From Paraglomus brasilianum (Eukaryota), in NCBI GenBank assembly GCA_910592345.1, contig CAJVPI010000017.1, positions 1 to 64,000 of the forward strand: a DNA stretch of 64,000 nt. The letters are read 5' to 3'. Shown here in pieces: positions 24,751-39,349 of the stretch. The position numbers and the translations under genes are program-made. Each line of letters starts with the position of its first letter. The first letter of the stretch is position 1. A model generated the notes under the pieces. That model made no database searches. It had not been told where the DNA came from and worked only from the letters and a program-made list of their open reading frames with translations.

Positions 24751-27700
24751 TTTTGCGGACAAAGGTGAGGTTGGGAAGATAGAGATCTACACTTATTCTC
24801 TCGAAATCATGTGACAGTGAAAATCTAATCGTTGACTTACACTTCCAATTTGCTGGACTAACAAATCACCAACTTAATTAGTAGGATTCGAAAAGATATT
24901 AAAGACTTTGAAAAAGGTGGTAAACTAGACAAAGAAATTTAGGAAAGGCAACATATTCGCGATTAACATAGCATATTATAAGTGGTATATCTTCAACGCC
25001 CGATAATAAAGGACACACGAAATCAATGCCCGAGCATTGTAATTCCAATACTATATTCCATTTTGTAGCAGATAAAAGTCGTTCAATATGTTTTAGTTCC
25101 AAGGTCCCTGTTGGCAAGCATAATTTCAAAAAGATTATGACTGGACATTTCATCTATGTCAACAAATTACTCCTGATTTCTGGATTCATTCTCTTGTCTA
25201 TGTCATTTATCCATAGTGGTTTGCCAGCCTCAACATGTTGTACAGCTATTTGTTAAGACTACAAGTGAATGCAAAATAAAGGACAGATGGGACCTCTATA
25301 TATATAGTGACCTCAAGATTGGATGCAAAACAAATGATTTCCTTAATGTATAATGAGCATTTTGCATGATTATGATATGGGGAATTACTGGCAGGTTTTC
25401 TGGCTACAACAGGGCATGGTCATGACCTGCATATTTTCTCTTAAACAGGCAAAGGCTATTATTGAACAGGTTGTGAGAGAAGCTCCTCAAATTGCTACTG
25501 GGGAAGTGGAGACTGAGCCAGAGCCACACAATATGCAATGCAATCTGCTGGAGGTAATGGTGGGTGATGTAGTGTCAGGATAACAACAACAGTTATTCTA
25601 CTGCGGAATCGAAGGGGAATAAATTCTATTTAATATTAAACAGGGCTATCTTCGATTTGGTATTTCGACTAGTCGGGTTCCGTCACTTGTCTCTAAATTA
25701 CTAATTAAACAATTTTTGTTTCAATAAATAATTATTGGCTCTCGTTCCTCAATTAAGAGTAATAGATCAACGGACGACTTATACAGCTTAAATGAGCGTT
25801 TACTTTATTAGTGTGTCCGATCAAATAATTAATATTTCAACAATGATTATTATTCCGTGGAGTGGGAATTATTGTTCTAATAACCTGAACAATATTTTAT
25901 AACAACATGAGAATTCGACGATGGGATAAGGGTCGCTTATATACTTAAATCGCTAACATTTTAAAACGATAAAGTTTCTGGATAGATTTTTGTAAAAACA
26001 GTTTGCGAAGCTTTTTTGTAAAATGGCTCAGCAATTTCTGCGCGTTAATTATCATTGATCACACTCTGCATAAAATGGAAAAATAGCAGTAATTGCGAAA
26101 AGGTCTAGAAAGTTCCTAATAGCACGTACTGTAATACAGTTGACACTGTTTATACCGAGCTCAGAAGCAAAGCTTCCTCGCTTTGCGAGAAGGATAACAC
26201 AAACGTAAAATTAGAGGCGAAGCCTTTATCGAATTCGTGACTATCCATATCGTATTATTTCTCTTTTTATAATAGTAAAAAGCCTGGCGTATTTAAAGAT
26301 CCAGATCGTAATCTTATTCGTGCAGAGCTTTTAGCCTTAAGACCTGGTGACTTGTCGGTTGCTATAAAAGGACGTCGTGTATGGAGCAAAATCGCCGATT
26401 GTTATGCCTGCAGTATTGAGTCGAATATCAGAAGCGGTTATCTGCTAAATATTTTTTGCAGTCTTATTGCCTAGTACTGGACACTGAAATAACAGATGGA
26501 CCTGGAATTGCAATTGCCAATTGTTCGCGTTTCAGATGACCTTGCAAAGTGAATTAAAAATTGAACACGCGTACGCATAAATATGGTCCAACGGTTAGAT
26601 ACAAAGCTTGATTTAAAGCTTCGACTGCAGTTATTATAAGGAAAACCTGTCGTTTATATTACTGATGGCCTGAAAGCTCAAGAAGTAATCCATGTAGGAA
26701 TCAAAGCCATAATTTCCGACGACGCAAGCAAAGCTCCTCTATTGTATGACCGGAGCGAGAACTTTTTCAGGATTATATAGTTAATTGATATAAAATCCAG
26801 TAAAAGATTTTAAATTTGTCCAATAGTTCATCTTTATACAATTTCTGGGATTGTCTAAGTAAGTAGCATAGTCAGGGGTACATTGCATGGCAAACATTTT
26901 ATACATTCTTGGGCTCAATTGCAAATTGTAGAGCAGATCTGTCTTCTGAAAATTTTCGAGTGCGCGCAAATCGTGTAGTATTAACTTTGGCAAATGATGA
27001 CGGAAGCGCGAAGTAATCGTCATTTTCAGCTCGATATCTGACCAATCATATCGCTCATCTGAATTAATCTTTTCTTGTCAGTTACGCGATCTTGTCATCA
27101 CTCGAATGACGATGCAAATGCAAACTTGTCGTCTGTTATACTTAACCCACTTAAGCAAATTCTGACAATCACACCGTCAAACCGTAAAAAAGCATTGGAG
27201 ATAATTAGTAGAATGTCAACTGATAATAACGGCAATTCTGTGGATGTGAAAGTACCTGGTTTGCCAAAAATACAACGTACGAAGATTAAGCACATTCTCA
27301 GCCTTGACTCTAATGCTAATGATGATCTAGAACCAACGATGAATGAAGATGAGGTACACAGACACCAACTATGCAGCATCTTTGCATTGCTTAAATATAA
27401 TCCGCTATTTTCAAACATGTATGCTAATTCTGCCTAAACCTTAATGCATGACACTGAATGATCCAAGCAGTCGAGTATAAGCGGTAATGAAAAGACTATC
27501 AATTAAGAACTCTCGTACAATGTGTAATATTCTGTAACTCAATAAATAAAAAATTCTGCCTCAACTGAAGGATTATGCTTGAGAAAATTACTATAAAGGA
27601 ACCCATCTAAATGCGTTCTGAACACATGAATTATTTTCATTACAGACTGACAGTAAGACTATCCCTAATTTCTTGAATCGGTTCCAAGCATAAAAGTAGT

Positions 27701-27859
27701 GAAATAACTAATAAGGGATAAAATTATATATAGGAATACCCGTGTATGAAGAATTATGAATAGATTGTCTCTTAGTCTTAAACGACATTCCAATCAGTAA
27801 AAAAGGTTTCTTTTACGTTCTAAATAATTGTGAAGCGATATAATATATAGGAGTATCTG

Positions 27860-28750
27860 TATATGATGCATAATTGTTCCACTGAATTTGAAAAAGCCAT
27901 TGCGCTTCTTGTAATTGTGGTTGTTCGAAAATGATTCCGAGAGAAAAGTTTGCCGAATTACGTGAGGCGTTTCAAGACCCGAGCAAGATATATTTTTAAT
28001 GGCCCAGTTGAAAGCAATGAATGGTGGCGAACTAACTGCCAGTCGCCGTCTTAAAAAGAAAACACGTACTAATAAGCAAACGTTTTACTACTGAGATCGC
28101 AATACGCCGCTTTGTCAGAAACGTATCTCAATATGTTAGAAATTGGTCGCACTTGTCTGGAAATCATCTGGCAACGAATGGTATCATATCAGCGTGTTCA
28201 TGGTAATGTAAAAAAGTGCCGCGATGGAAAACCAAAATAACCATTGATATAATCGTTGCTACTGCCGTGAAGAATTTTCTCGAAACCTATGCTGAAATTC
28301 ATGGATTACCAAGTCCTGGTAGAAACGTCAATCGCATTACTCAATCGCATTACTCAATCGCATTACTCAATCGCTTACACTTTTGCCAGCCGAAACAAGT
28401 TATAAATCGGTCTATCGTGATTTTATTGCAGGTCTCGAAAACGATAGCTCGTTGACATTATTAAAATATGATGCATTTTGCAAGTTATGGCACCAACATT
28501 TTCGGAATGGCTTGCTAAAAAAATACAAAAAACATCTTGTGAAGGCTAGGTTGGAGAGAAATTATTACAATACAAACAGAAAGCTTATTCACCTGACCAA
28601 AAGCAATAAAAAAATTACGGGAAGAAACGGGTAAATAATGAATAATTTAGTTAAACATTATTCTGTTGAGAAAGGCAATTCGCGTCACAATAACAAGCAG
28701 GGTCCAAAAAAAATTTTTTTTTGACATGAAGATGTCAGTGACTTGACAGG
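27860..28750 (+). mobile_element. Decayed Sola-like DNA transposase fragment
   Basis: Frameshifted HGNVKKVPRW..VKNFLETYAEIHGLPSPGR..LPAETSYKSVY..KYDAFCKLWHQ. This pattern (HG..LP..SVY..F..LW) is typical of the N-terminal part of Sola-type transposases; the family call is from memory. Stops and frameshifts present. Confidence 0.5.
28328..28374 (+). repeat. Tandem 13-bp repeat (TCAATCGCATTAC) x3.6
   Basis: Copies start at 28328, 28341 and 28354, with a partial copy at 28367. Confidence 0.95.
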
Positions 28751-31700
28751 GAAATATGTACAATATATGTCACACATGTTTGTCTTTACGCGTACTATTT
28801 GTAAACCGCATCAAACGAATGCACGTGATCCTGAAGAAACGTAAATGACTTTTAAGATACCTCCCCCGAAACTGCGGATAGCGAAGTAACCCTTGTGTAC
28901 TCTTTTCCGACATCTGTCATTTACGCTAACCTTAACCATGGGTTACACTGACTAAACTGAATAGTCTATGCATTTTTCTTGCAACTGTATAATTTTATGC
29001 TTTTATGCATTAATATGGGACGAGGCGTACATACGTCAAATTCAAGCTTCAGCCACAATTTCAAATCGGGTATTGTGGATCAGTCATCTGACCATGGTGG
29101 ACCGACGGGCCCAGAATTCCGAATTCAAGTTGTAAACGGCGATTTGATCAAATGATTTAATTTCTGCGGAGTAGTACGGGATGATGATCATTTCGACTAG
29201 CGAAAGTCCGAAACATTTAATTTATCTTTGTATATTATTATTATTATTGGACATTAATTAGCTGCGGAGTATAGAAATTGGTTCTCAAAACTATACAACT
29301 GCTCCTCGAGCAGTTTTCAGTATGTTTTTTGCATCTGGTCTTGATAACTTGGAAACAACTAAATTAACAATTTCCAACTCTTTATTCTCGAAAATAAAAC
29401 AACTATCGAAATCCAACCGTCCCTGAACACATGATCGACCTTGCATATTTCCCTGAAATCGATGATCGGTATACGAAATCTAATGCATAACGAAACCTTG
29501 TCATAGTTCGAATGAAAGGATAATAATTGCAATATCGTTCTTAAGTCTCCTGAAGCAATTAACGTGAAGAAGGAGCAGAACGATATAAACGTAGCGATAT
29601 GGAAACTATAAGACTCCGCTGCGATAATGAAAGCTATAATGAAATAAAGCTCTATTACAAACGTATTAGTTCGATGGAACAATACTTGTTTGTTAAGAAA
29701 GATCATGTTTAAGAATAAAGTAAAAGCGTTCGTAATTGAATAAGTTCGCTAAGAATAATGTTGTGTCAATATTATTACTTGAGCAAAACGGTTTCCGTCG
29801 ACTCGTTACGTAGTGGTTTCACTATGTATTCCCTCGTGGCGAACATTTAATTTTGACCAACCTACCGATGGTGTTAAGTGAAAGAGATATATTATTATCT
29901 CTAGTGCATGTCCTTGATAGAACCGTTGTTAATAAACATAAAAGTAATGGTTGGATAACTATAACAAACAATATTCGCTATAACGGTTCTCACTTAACAT
30001 ACGATCGAAGAGGTAACATGATTACTACATGACATTGTCATCGTTACGTCCATCTAGGTAATGACTCGTGTTGCGTAACGGGAATGCTCACTAGAGTATT
30101 CGACAAGTTAACTCCTTCACTCGAGAGTGTTCATAATTAGTTTTGCTGGCCAATTCACTGAACCGGAGTTTAACTCCGATAATTACTAACGAGTTATCGT
30201 TTAGCCTATAACGATGTTATGTTACTATGAGTTACTTGACTATTCCGTTGTGGTGACATTACCGCTCGACGCCAAGCGAAGGGTTCATTGAACTAAGTTA
30301 TGCTTCTCTGCGCTTAGAAGGAATGTGAATATTCGTCTAGACATGTGGTTATCGTGGCGAGTTATAATTGTAGATGAGTGATTTGTATAATCGTTAATCA
30401 CACAGTGCCCAATCATGAAGCGATTAGCCTATCGCGTACGGTGGAGGTTTATCCGCTGCGACAGCCAACATGCTTCGATAGCATCCAGTGGTTCGCTCTC
30501 TCTCTTTCCCTTATGACACATATTCGGCGGCTGATAAGCGACAAATCTCTCTAGACCGTTCCCATGTGAAGCGAAACATGAAAAATAAATATTGTGAATC
30601 CATAGCCTCAATGTGTGTAACATCATTGATAAGGTTGCATTTGCATATGGCAAGATCAACAATTATTACATTTAAGTAGTAAACTCGGGCAAATTCGACT
30701 GTTAGTCAGATCGGGATACTTTGCGCAAGATCACTTGGAAAGTTTAGTTCTTCAGTTCAAGCTATATGACTCCAGAAAAGAACATATTAAATGCGCGGAT
30801 CTTCATAGATTAAGGCAACAATGAGCCTTATCCGGAACCCGTTCAATTTATCCATTGTGACATTATAATCATAATCATGTATAAGCTGTTCATTTTAATT
30901 TTTAGTATCCGATCGCACAAAAACCACAATCTGTAGATAGACACATATGCAAAATTCTTGGCACGTAGTCTACAGAACGAACCGCCATGTTTCACATCTC
31001 GTGCAACCCAAACAGCTCGTGTAGGCATTACTATCGGCCAGAAGGGAAAAAAAAAAGCCCAAGGTTTCTGGTGTTGATTTTCACAATCTCTCCTTATCAC
31101 AAGCTTTCTTCTCAATGTGCGTTAACTGTTTTTAAGTGATCACATTACTGGTTGGCACAGACTTTTTTGTGTATTAATACATCTAATTGAGGCAATCAAG
31201 CGGCCAATATGTCGAACTCTATCTACAAAATTTTGCCGTGAGAAACACAATACATCATTGAGCCCAACATGCATATGCCAAACAGAACCAGCACAACCAC
31301 CATGTGTATTGTATTATTGTCTATTCCATAATCAGTATCCAGTCATTTATCTTTGCTGCATAACATAATATCTGTGTACCATTATAAGTCTTTCCAACGG
31401 GCGATGAGTGACTGCGCATGTATTTTAAGCGAGTAGGAGTGGAACAGTCTTTTTTTGCCCCCATCGCTGACTGGCAGTTTGGAGTCTCCTGTTTCTCAAT
31501 GCATTGTTGATTAGCGGTTGAATGCTAATGCTAAGGATTTCTCTCCCTGTTTCCGACTGGATTATGCCAGGTATTATGAGCCCCAATTGCCATTTGCTCA
31601 TTCTCTTGTTATCCGAAAATAGCATGAGCACAGATACAATCTACGTCTCAGTGGCAAAATTGTTACCAGTCAGTTTGTTTAATACATGTGAAAATCAGTC

Positions 31701-33165
31701 TAAAATTTCCCGATGCGATAATGTTTGTACCGACCAATGAGCACAAATGTGGTTTTGTATCATACTATTCGATTACCTTTTTGGGTTGCTATGTTTATCG
31801 ATCAGTCCGATCTAGACCAATGACTAGACAATGAGAATCGCAAACTATTACTTTGCCGTAAGAGCTTACTCTCAATTGGTATAACTTTATTCACAAAGCC
31901 TGTTATCATTATTAAGGGCGTATAAACACGTAACAGTAAGAAAAACGACGACCCTGAAAAGTGGAATAGATATTTAAGTCCATTCAAATTCGTTATACCA
32001 ATAACAAAATAAAAGAATGAGCATTTTACCTTTCCATACAGAAGGCTGTAACTAAAAATGGAAACGTTAATATACTTAATTCAAAGTTTTTCAGGGGTCA
32101 GAGATCTATTTACTGCTTGTTTGGTATTTACTTGCGTCATGATCGTGAGAATGCAATACAGAGCGTACAGCTTCCCAGATCAGTAATGATACAAATTTTG
32201 ACATACGCCCCCAATTTAGGGTAAAACAGCTCTGGTCGCTTGTGCTTAATTTTAACCAAATTGATATTTTATAAACTGTCGAAATACCTTGGGAAATGTG
32301 TTCTTCAAACTGGAAACTATGCATATGCTTCTATGTGAGTTCAACTGTTTCGTCGATCGCCCCTGCTTGGCTTGACATACTGTGAGAGACTATTATCAGA
32401 ACGTTCTATCACGCGTAATTTACAATAATGGTCTTTTGCGATTCAGTAATTCAGCATATCAGATTATGGTATTATCAGTATGAAAGACAGATTTGCTATT
32501 ATTTTGTCATGTGCCACCCTCAAAGACGTGAAAATGATGCCTTCTCTACATAGTCTCCGTGTGCATATCCGACAATCTTTTCTATCCTCTTGCTGTTCAT
32601 CGCCACCGACTCAAGCGTAGGATTTCGCATTTGCGCACTACGCTTACTCTCGGCTTTCCCCTTTATTGGACATACAATAGCATCGTTTTATTGTCTCATT
32701 GAATGGTGTCATCATCATGTCCTCAATTGTAAACTAAGGCGTGTGATTATTTGGGTCAAGTGGGACTTATGCGATCTAAACGACAGACTCTCAAAGATAA
32801 CGACGCACAGTTACAAAATATTCCGTCAAATTTGATAATGACTTTTTACTTAAAATAACATTAAAATCATACAAATGTTACTACGTATTTACAAGTCAAC
32901 AAAGGAACTTGTACGCTCTCACTATTTCTTTTCTTTGTAAAAGTAAAGGAAGTGTTAGTAAATGTATATAAAAAAGAAGGGGAAAAAAAAAAGAACGAAA
33001 AAAAAAACCATAATAGTAGTAATAGAGCAAGCTGAAAAACCAGTCAGAAAAAAAGAGAAAAATATATCCAACATTAAAAGTGTCTCGTTCCAAAAATAAA
33101 GATGAAATTTGTGATGAAGATGCTATAACTATATAACGAATATATTCCCTCAAAGTCGATTTGGA

Positions 33166-34429
33166 TTAGTTAACGCCAACAGTTTTATTGGGAGCGAGGT
33201 AGCCCCTTGCAGCCTCGGTGGTACTAGCAAGAGTACCATTGAATGTAGTACGATAACTGTCTAAGGAAGCAGACAGATCAGTGAGTGACCGCTGGAGAAC
33301 GGGGAGAGTGTGTTGTGAAGTTACGTGGACAATGTACTTGGCCTTCTGTAAAGCATTAGCATCATCCTTTGGAAATTCCTTCATGACGTCGCCGTAAACC
33401 TCATTGAAAAAGGTGACCATGGGGGTGAGAGAATCTTGGATATAGTCTGGGAGTTGACCTGTGTTCTCTTTGATGTACTTGGCGATCGAGTCGGTAGTAG
33501 TGAGAAGGTTCTTTGAGAGACTTTGCAAGGTAGAACCAAGGTCCTGATTCTGTACGGTGTCTCTGAGAGACACGGCATTTGTCTTGGCGGTTACTACAAG
33601 TTCGTTTAATTTACCATTGAGAGTAGCAACGGTCTCGGTAGCTTGTCGGAGAAGATTGTTGGAATCTTGAATCTGACGCAATTGGGAGGCGGTGAAGGTC
33701 TGAGTGTTGGAGATTTGACGCTTGAGTCGTTTCGAGAGTCTTCGCTGAGCCTTGCTTGTCAAAGAGTAAGCTCTGTAGGTTTGGTATGAATCGCTCTTCT
33801 CTTCTTCGGTTTCGCTTTCTTCTGCGGGAAGCCACGAATCGACCAACCCACCGTATTTGTTGATGATTGGTTCTAGACTTTTATCAACGTTTCGTGCAAG
33901 AGGAGTGATTTGCTCGCATACTTGAGATGCAATCTTTCGTGCTTGGTGGTTGATGGGGGTAGTGACCTTTGTGTCGATTGTTGATTGAATGGAGGAAATG
34001 GTTTGTTTGGCGGGAGTGGTGACTCCGGTGATGATTTCTCCAGCGGATGCTTTGGTTAGAGGGAAGGTGTCACCTACAAGAGCTACACCTCCAGCAGCGA
34101 AATGATCAACATTTTTGGACATCTCTGGAAATCTAGACATGACTGGAGCCGTTGTTATTTTGCCGACGGTGCTTACTGCGTTGATAGCGGCATTGCCGAT
34201 TTTATTATTGTTGACGTAAATGTAGGCGTCTTTTACGACGGAATATGTAAACAGTTTTTCTAAGAACTCGGATTTTGTTTCGTAGATTTCATCGCGTTCG
34301 ACGTATTCGATTTCATGACTGTTTGTTCCGTTTGCCTTGTCTGTCGTGACGAATCGAATAAAGGATATGGTATTAATCGTTGGAATGTGGTATGTCAACT
34401 TGTTTGATTTCGATAACGTTACCTGCCAT
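33166..34429 (-). CDS. Perilipin-like lipid-droplet protein
   Basis: Exon 1 ATGGCAG (34429-34423), intron to 34341, then a long helical/amphipathic ORF. The N-terminus FLEKLFTYSVVKDAY..VDHFAAGGVALVGDTFP resembles fungal perilipins; codon usage is strongly biased. Confidence 0.65.
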
Positions 34430-35228
34430 TTTTCGCTCTTTTTTTTTTATGGGGAAGGTTGATGTATTATAAGTTTTCCGTGGGGAGTGAAGTTGTTGGA
34501 GAGAGGGGGAGAGGATATTTTTATAGTATTCTGGAAGTAGATAGCGTTATAGATAGTTGCGTACAATGGTAATAATTAATTGTTGATTAATTCCAGAGAT
34601 AGATAATTATTATTAGTTGGGAAGATACAGTTATCGGAGCAGAGATGGTGGGGGTTATATGTTGGTGGTGGATTAAGGGGGGACGGGATGGACGGCAGAG
34701 TGTGAGTGTCAGGGTTGGAGGTGTCTCCATGATGAAAATCATATGTCTCTGAATACTGGCGTAGTGTATAAAATATACAAACACAACTTAATCCCCATAT
34801 TTAGCTCTAATTAATCTACATGTGATTTGAATAAAATATGCAACAGTGTATATTTAAAGTGATGTAAGGATAAATTAATAGACTATTTATCATATGCAAT
34901 AGCCGATAATAATAATAATAATTATAATAATTATACAGTACAACACTTAATATGTATGTATAAATGTTGCACACTAAATGCTCATATACATTATTCGCTT
35001 GCTATTGTGTGCTATTCCCGCCACTGTGCTCTCGGGTGCATTTCTACGCCTTCACAAACACAGTACAACAGTCAGCCGAGGCCATTTGACATGAGAACGT
35101 TTGTCTGTAAAGAACAATGCTAGTTTGATTATCCGACTATTGTGAATGGATTTTCTCATTGTCGAATAGTTCAGGCACACTAACAAACAGGTTTACAAGT
35201 GCAAGTGACCAGGAAAACCAGGAGTGCG

Positions 35229-35361
35229 AACAACACTCTACACTCCCAACACTCCCAACAACACTGCCCAACAACACTGCCCAACAACACTCCCAACAAC
35301 ACTCCCAACAACACAACACTCCCAACAACACTGCCCAACAACACTCCCAACAACACAACAT
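35229..35361. repeat. C/A-rich minisatellite built from CCCAAC(AAC)ACT(G) units
   Basis: Degenerate 9-13-bp units directly visible, followed by a C-rich tract. Confidence 0.9.
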
Positions 35362-37269
35362 TCCCTCCCCTCCCTCCTCTCCCCCCCCAACGCCGCTGTA
35401 ATGACGCACAGCACGAGGAAATAATCTCTTCACATTATTTTTTATGCATAACCTCATTACTCAGCTGATAACGATATCATCGGTCCAATACTACGCATGG
35501 GCCACAAGTCAGCTGTGCAAAGAGTGTGGCACCAATGAGGCGCTGCTATAAACACTTATTGATTTTCATATGGGATCAAGTCAATTTGTCGAACAATGAC
35601 AAGATCCTACGGAATTTTGTTGATATCAAATGCATAGGGTAACAAGTGATATAAGAAAATAATGATAGCATCCGAACTGATCACAGTGACATGACAATGC
35701 GGCTGATGACGCAACTGATAACGAGTTTAGCTGGGGATTTCTGGGAAATAATCTGCTGAAAGACTCTCTATCAGGAAAGCTGCGCGTGTCAGCCAAACTA
35801 ACACCCCCCCACAGTCAATCTTAAGTATGGTGACGACTCTATAACGGTCTCGCACATGTCGAAAATGTTTACCCATTTTACTAGAAAAGAAGGATGTCCG
35901 GTTTTTTTTTCTCTCTAATAACTGCCTTTTGCTCATCGAACCATACCAAGCTAGTCAGTACTATGGGCCGATTCCTACTCTATCTGCCAATATCAGTCTT
36001 TTTTTTTTCCTTTTTTTTTTTTTTCTTCCTTCTACTTCTTCTTGCAGCCCACCAGGGACATTACATAATATGGGGGTCAGCATTTCGTGCACGACATGAC
36101 CATCTTTTCCTTAATTTACTAATACCTTCCGTTCGAGTATAACGTCTCTTTTATGCTTGGTATTATTATTAACCAGACTGCAGAGCCGTCCGTAGTTTGA
36201 TCCATGCAATTGCTTCATTGGTGAAAAGCTCCATTATTCTCTGTCTCATATGTCACAGTCAAAAGCTATTGACGCTTGCCCAATCATAGTGCATCGACTA
36301 ACGATCAACATTAAATTTAATTGACTTGGAGATCGCCTTGTTACTACCAGCATCGGTAACATTTAGTCAAGTGCAGATTACACAATGTCTGGTTCGCAAT
36401 AAGATTCCCTATACGTCAGAACACTTGTGTCAACAGGATAATAATCGTTAGACCCCAAACGTTATTATACGCACATCATGTTGGAAATAGAAAGAGCGGC
36501 TCTCCATCACAGTCTATCACCTCTGCTTTTGTGATGGAAAATCCTTCATTGAATAATGATAACAGGTGCGATTTACCAATTGTTCCGTCATCCTTCAAAT
36601 ATAGATAGCCATAGTGACCTCTCTCTGTTTCTAAAAAGAAACTGCAAACCATAAACAGAATTGATGCAATGCCTGCAGTTAATATTGGTTTGATGTGTAT
36701 CTTTACAAAATAACCCTGCTTTCTCCACAAAATCTAAAAGTTTTCTTTCACATGACGAGTGAATTTCCCGAAAATAGTCACAGCTAAAAGATTAGTAAGC
36801 AGTAAAGAAAACGTGTTGGAATTATTTGTAATTTTGAAATATTATTTATTGTCAATGGTATAACAAACAGTCTTATTAAGAGTTCGTTTGTTTCCTCGCT
36901 ATAATTAAAACAGTTTAGACATTCGCTAAATTAAAAAATGTCAAACAAACCATCTATTCTCACCAAACCTTAATTGAAAAATAAAGCAATTGACCTTGCT
37001 TAGAAACATATTGTGTATCCATGTGACGTGTTCAAAATTAGTTTCTTCGTTAACGCATCAAAAAGTTCGTGTAAATAACCGCCCCGGGACGGTCCGAATA
37101 TTCACTTTTATAGGTCTGTTGTGACTATAGTGAATGTGACGAATGGTTAATCGTAGACACGTGAGTGTCATATGAAATATCGGCTGACCCGTGACTGTAA
37201 GCCACGCGAGATTTTTGATTTTTGGTTAAAGTCCTGCGAATCTCCATCGATCTTTATTGTTATATATCG

Positions 37270-37300
<31 letters not shown>

Positions 37301-37699
37301 ACACTATATACTTTTCTAGCGAGTTAAACGTGGTATGTATAAAAGAATCATCTTAGCTAGAAGGCTAACTTCCAATTTCTGGGGGGAGGGGAGGGAGGGG
37401 GGCTGCCAAGTTGACTGTTGCGTTCTAGCGTTCAAAGCTTTCACTACATGCTAGAGTTTCGTCGAACAAATTATCATTCTCAAGAATCGAATTTAACAAT
37501 TCAAAATCCTCTTGTCGGTTGCTAACACGGCTTTTCTACTTTCTATCTAGCGCGAATACTTGATCCGCTCGATTCGCTCGATTCACTCTCTCCGGATACT
37601 TCAGGTATAATTTCTGGCTCATTTGAAAGGACTTTGTTGTATATGATTCTACAGAGTATTAGTTCTCGGATGATCGTCTTCTCCAAAGTAGATAAATGG

Positions 37700-38290
37700 G
37701 TAGTCAGGTGGTGGTGGTCTTATATTGAGGAGTGTCTGGATTGCTGGCAGCGTATGTTTGTATCAGATGTTTACACACCAAATATGGGCTATTTATAAAA
37801 GCTGAACAAGAACAAATCCATTTATCGACATCCACATGATAGCTTTCTAGGCGTATCCTTTTCAAGGCATTTTCTCCAATCGGTTTTTTGAAGGCTTTCC
37901 ACCAAGTCGATTGTTTTTGCCAAGTGTTCAACATGTCTGGGATCAGGCGTCCTATTACAATAAGATTTAAACGATCGAGACGAGGTCTGTTATGATTATA
38001 TTTGTAATTGTCTTTAAGAACCCGCCAGTGGGATTCAACTATCATTGTCGTTCTTGCTATAGGCATGGCTCTTGGATAGGATGATCGAGCGAAAGCTTCC
38101 AATTTTTCTTACTATACCAGTTCATCCACAGATACGCCCATAAGTGAACAAGATTTTCTGTCGACAATATTGATAGATCTCAGACGTGCTTTTGTGATAT
38201 ACATATTTCGTCGGATGTAAGAAATACATTTATATCTACTGGTATTAGCGGATGAAGTACTGAATTTTTTTTATCAAGTCCTTAACTGTC
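37700..38290 (-). mobile_element. Mutator-like (MULE) transposase relic with SWIM zinc finger
   Basis: HLWAYLWMNWY / FARSSYPRAMPIARTTMIVESHWRVLK..NRPRLD..YHVDVDKWICSCSAFINSPYLVCKHL (CxCxnCxH SWIM). Frameshifted. Confidence 0.75.
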
Positions 38291-38647
38291 TTTGCATCTG
38301 CTTCATAGGGAACAGATCTACGCGGCGTTCGCGCGTGTAAGAATTCAATCAATGGAAAAATATTATCGATTATAATAGATATCAGATTATTAACCGCCTG
38401 GTAAAAACTATATACACCTCAAGTCTACATAATCTTCAAAGCAATAGTATGCATAGGACTTAGCCCCCATTACTACGTAATTACCTCAGCTATGGGTTAC
38501 CGCGGCGATGGTGATTACCTCTAATGCTCATAACTCCAACATTTATCAGGCTGCAAACTCTCAATTCTTCGGTGCCCACACTATCCAAGTCAAGATCTCT
38601 AGAGACTGGTATGTTGCTTTACCAACGAGCAATGCTATATTTATAGA

Positions 38648-39147
38648 GCGAAGTCAAATTGGATAACTTGGAAAAATACGAGAGGGCCTTCAAAGATTTC
38701 GTGAAAATAATACACAAAGTAGGCGTAAATGAGCTTAATCCTGTTTCTGCGGGGATTATAGATACAACGAATCCCTTAGATCCAATATGGAGGAGAGTCT
38801 GTGAAAAGCAGGAGCTAAGGGAGATTCTCGACAAGCAAATAATAAGTACATGGCAACCACTCTGCGTATTACAGAACGCATTACAGAGATTGTGCAAGGA
38901 ATTCATTCAATACTGTAATGTATGCCGAGATCCTTATTTGAATTGCGTATCCCTTCCGGAAATAAGAAACCGTAGTAACAATGATATGAGACTTCTATCT
39001 AAAGCCAGGATAATTTGTAAGTTTGTTTACATTAAAGTTATTATAATAGCTTGATACTTACTATTACTATTAACTTTAGCCGGAAAGAAGGCGTTCGAAA
39101 TGCTATTACTGTCATTGTTATATTCGCGCACTGTGATCAAAATGTAA
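38648..39147 (+). CDS. Hypothetical protein (5' exons uncertain)
   Basis: Open ~120-codon exon after a TATAG acceptor, a GTAAGT..TTTAG intron (39017-39079), and an in-frame terminal exon ending TAA at 39147. No family recognised. Confidence 0.4.
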
Positions 39148-39349
39148 TAGCAATAGACAAACATTTATTAAATAACTGGTAAGAAGCACCAGCCAGTCAT
39201 CTTTTTATGACCGCTCATTTTTACAGTAATACGAGTGTGAGCACGTAACATTCGTGTTTCGAACTAGCTATCCTTATTTGCTATGCACTAGTTATATGAG
39301 ATATAGCTCTAGGTTGGACATTTTCTTTAAAAACAATTAATCGTGGCGC

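Noticed and set aside
25900..27450. Possible decayed helicase/virus-like or TE coding sequence (GKPVVYITDG..)
   Set aside because: Fragments are too short and interrupted to assign a family.
29359..32835. Several 60-115-aa ORFs
   Set aside because: No recognisable motifs and no consistent splice model; likely chance ORFs or decayed sequence.
35137..35468. Overlapping ORFs with Q/H/N/T/P or C/W repeats; CRISPR-like look
   Set aside because: Artefacts of the stop-free minisatellite; no unique spacers.
36476..36730. 84-aa minus-strand ORF
   Set aside because: Non-ATG start, no family recognised and no linked exons found.
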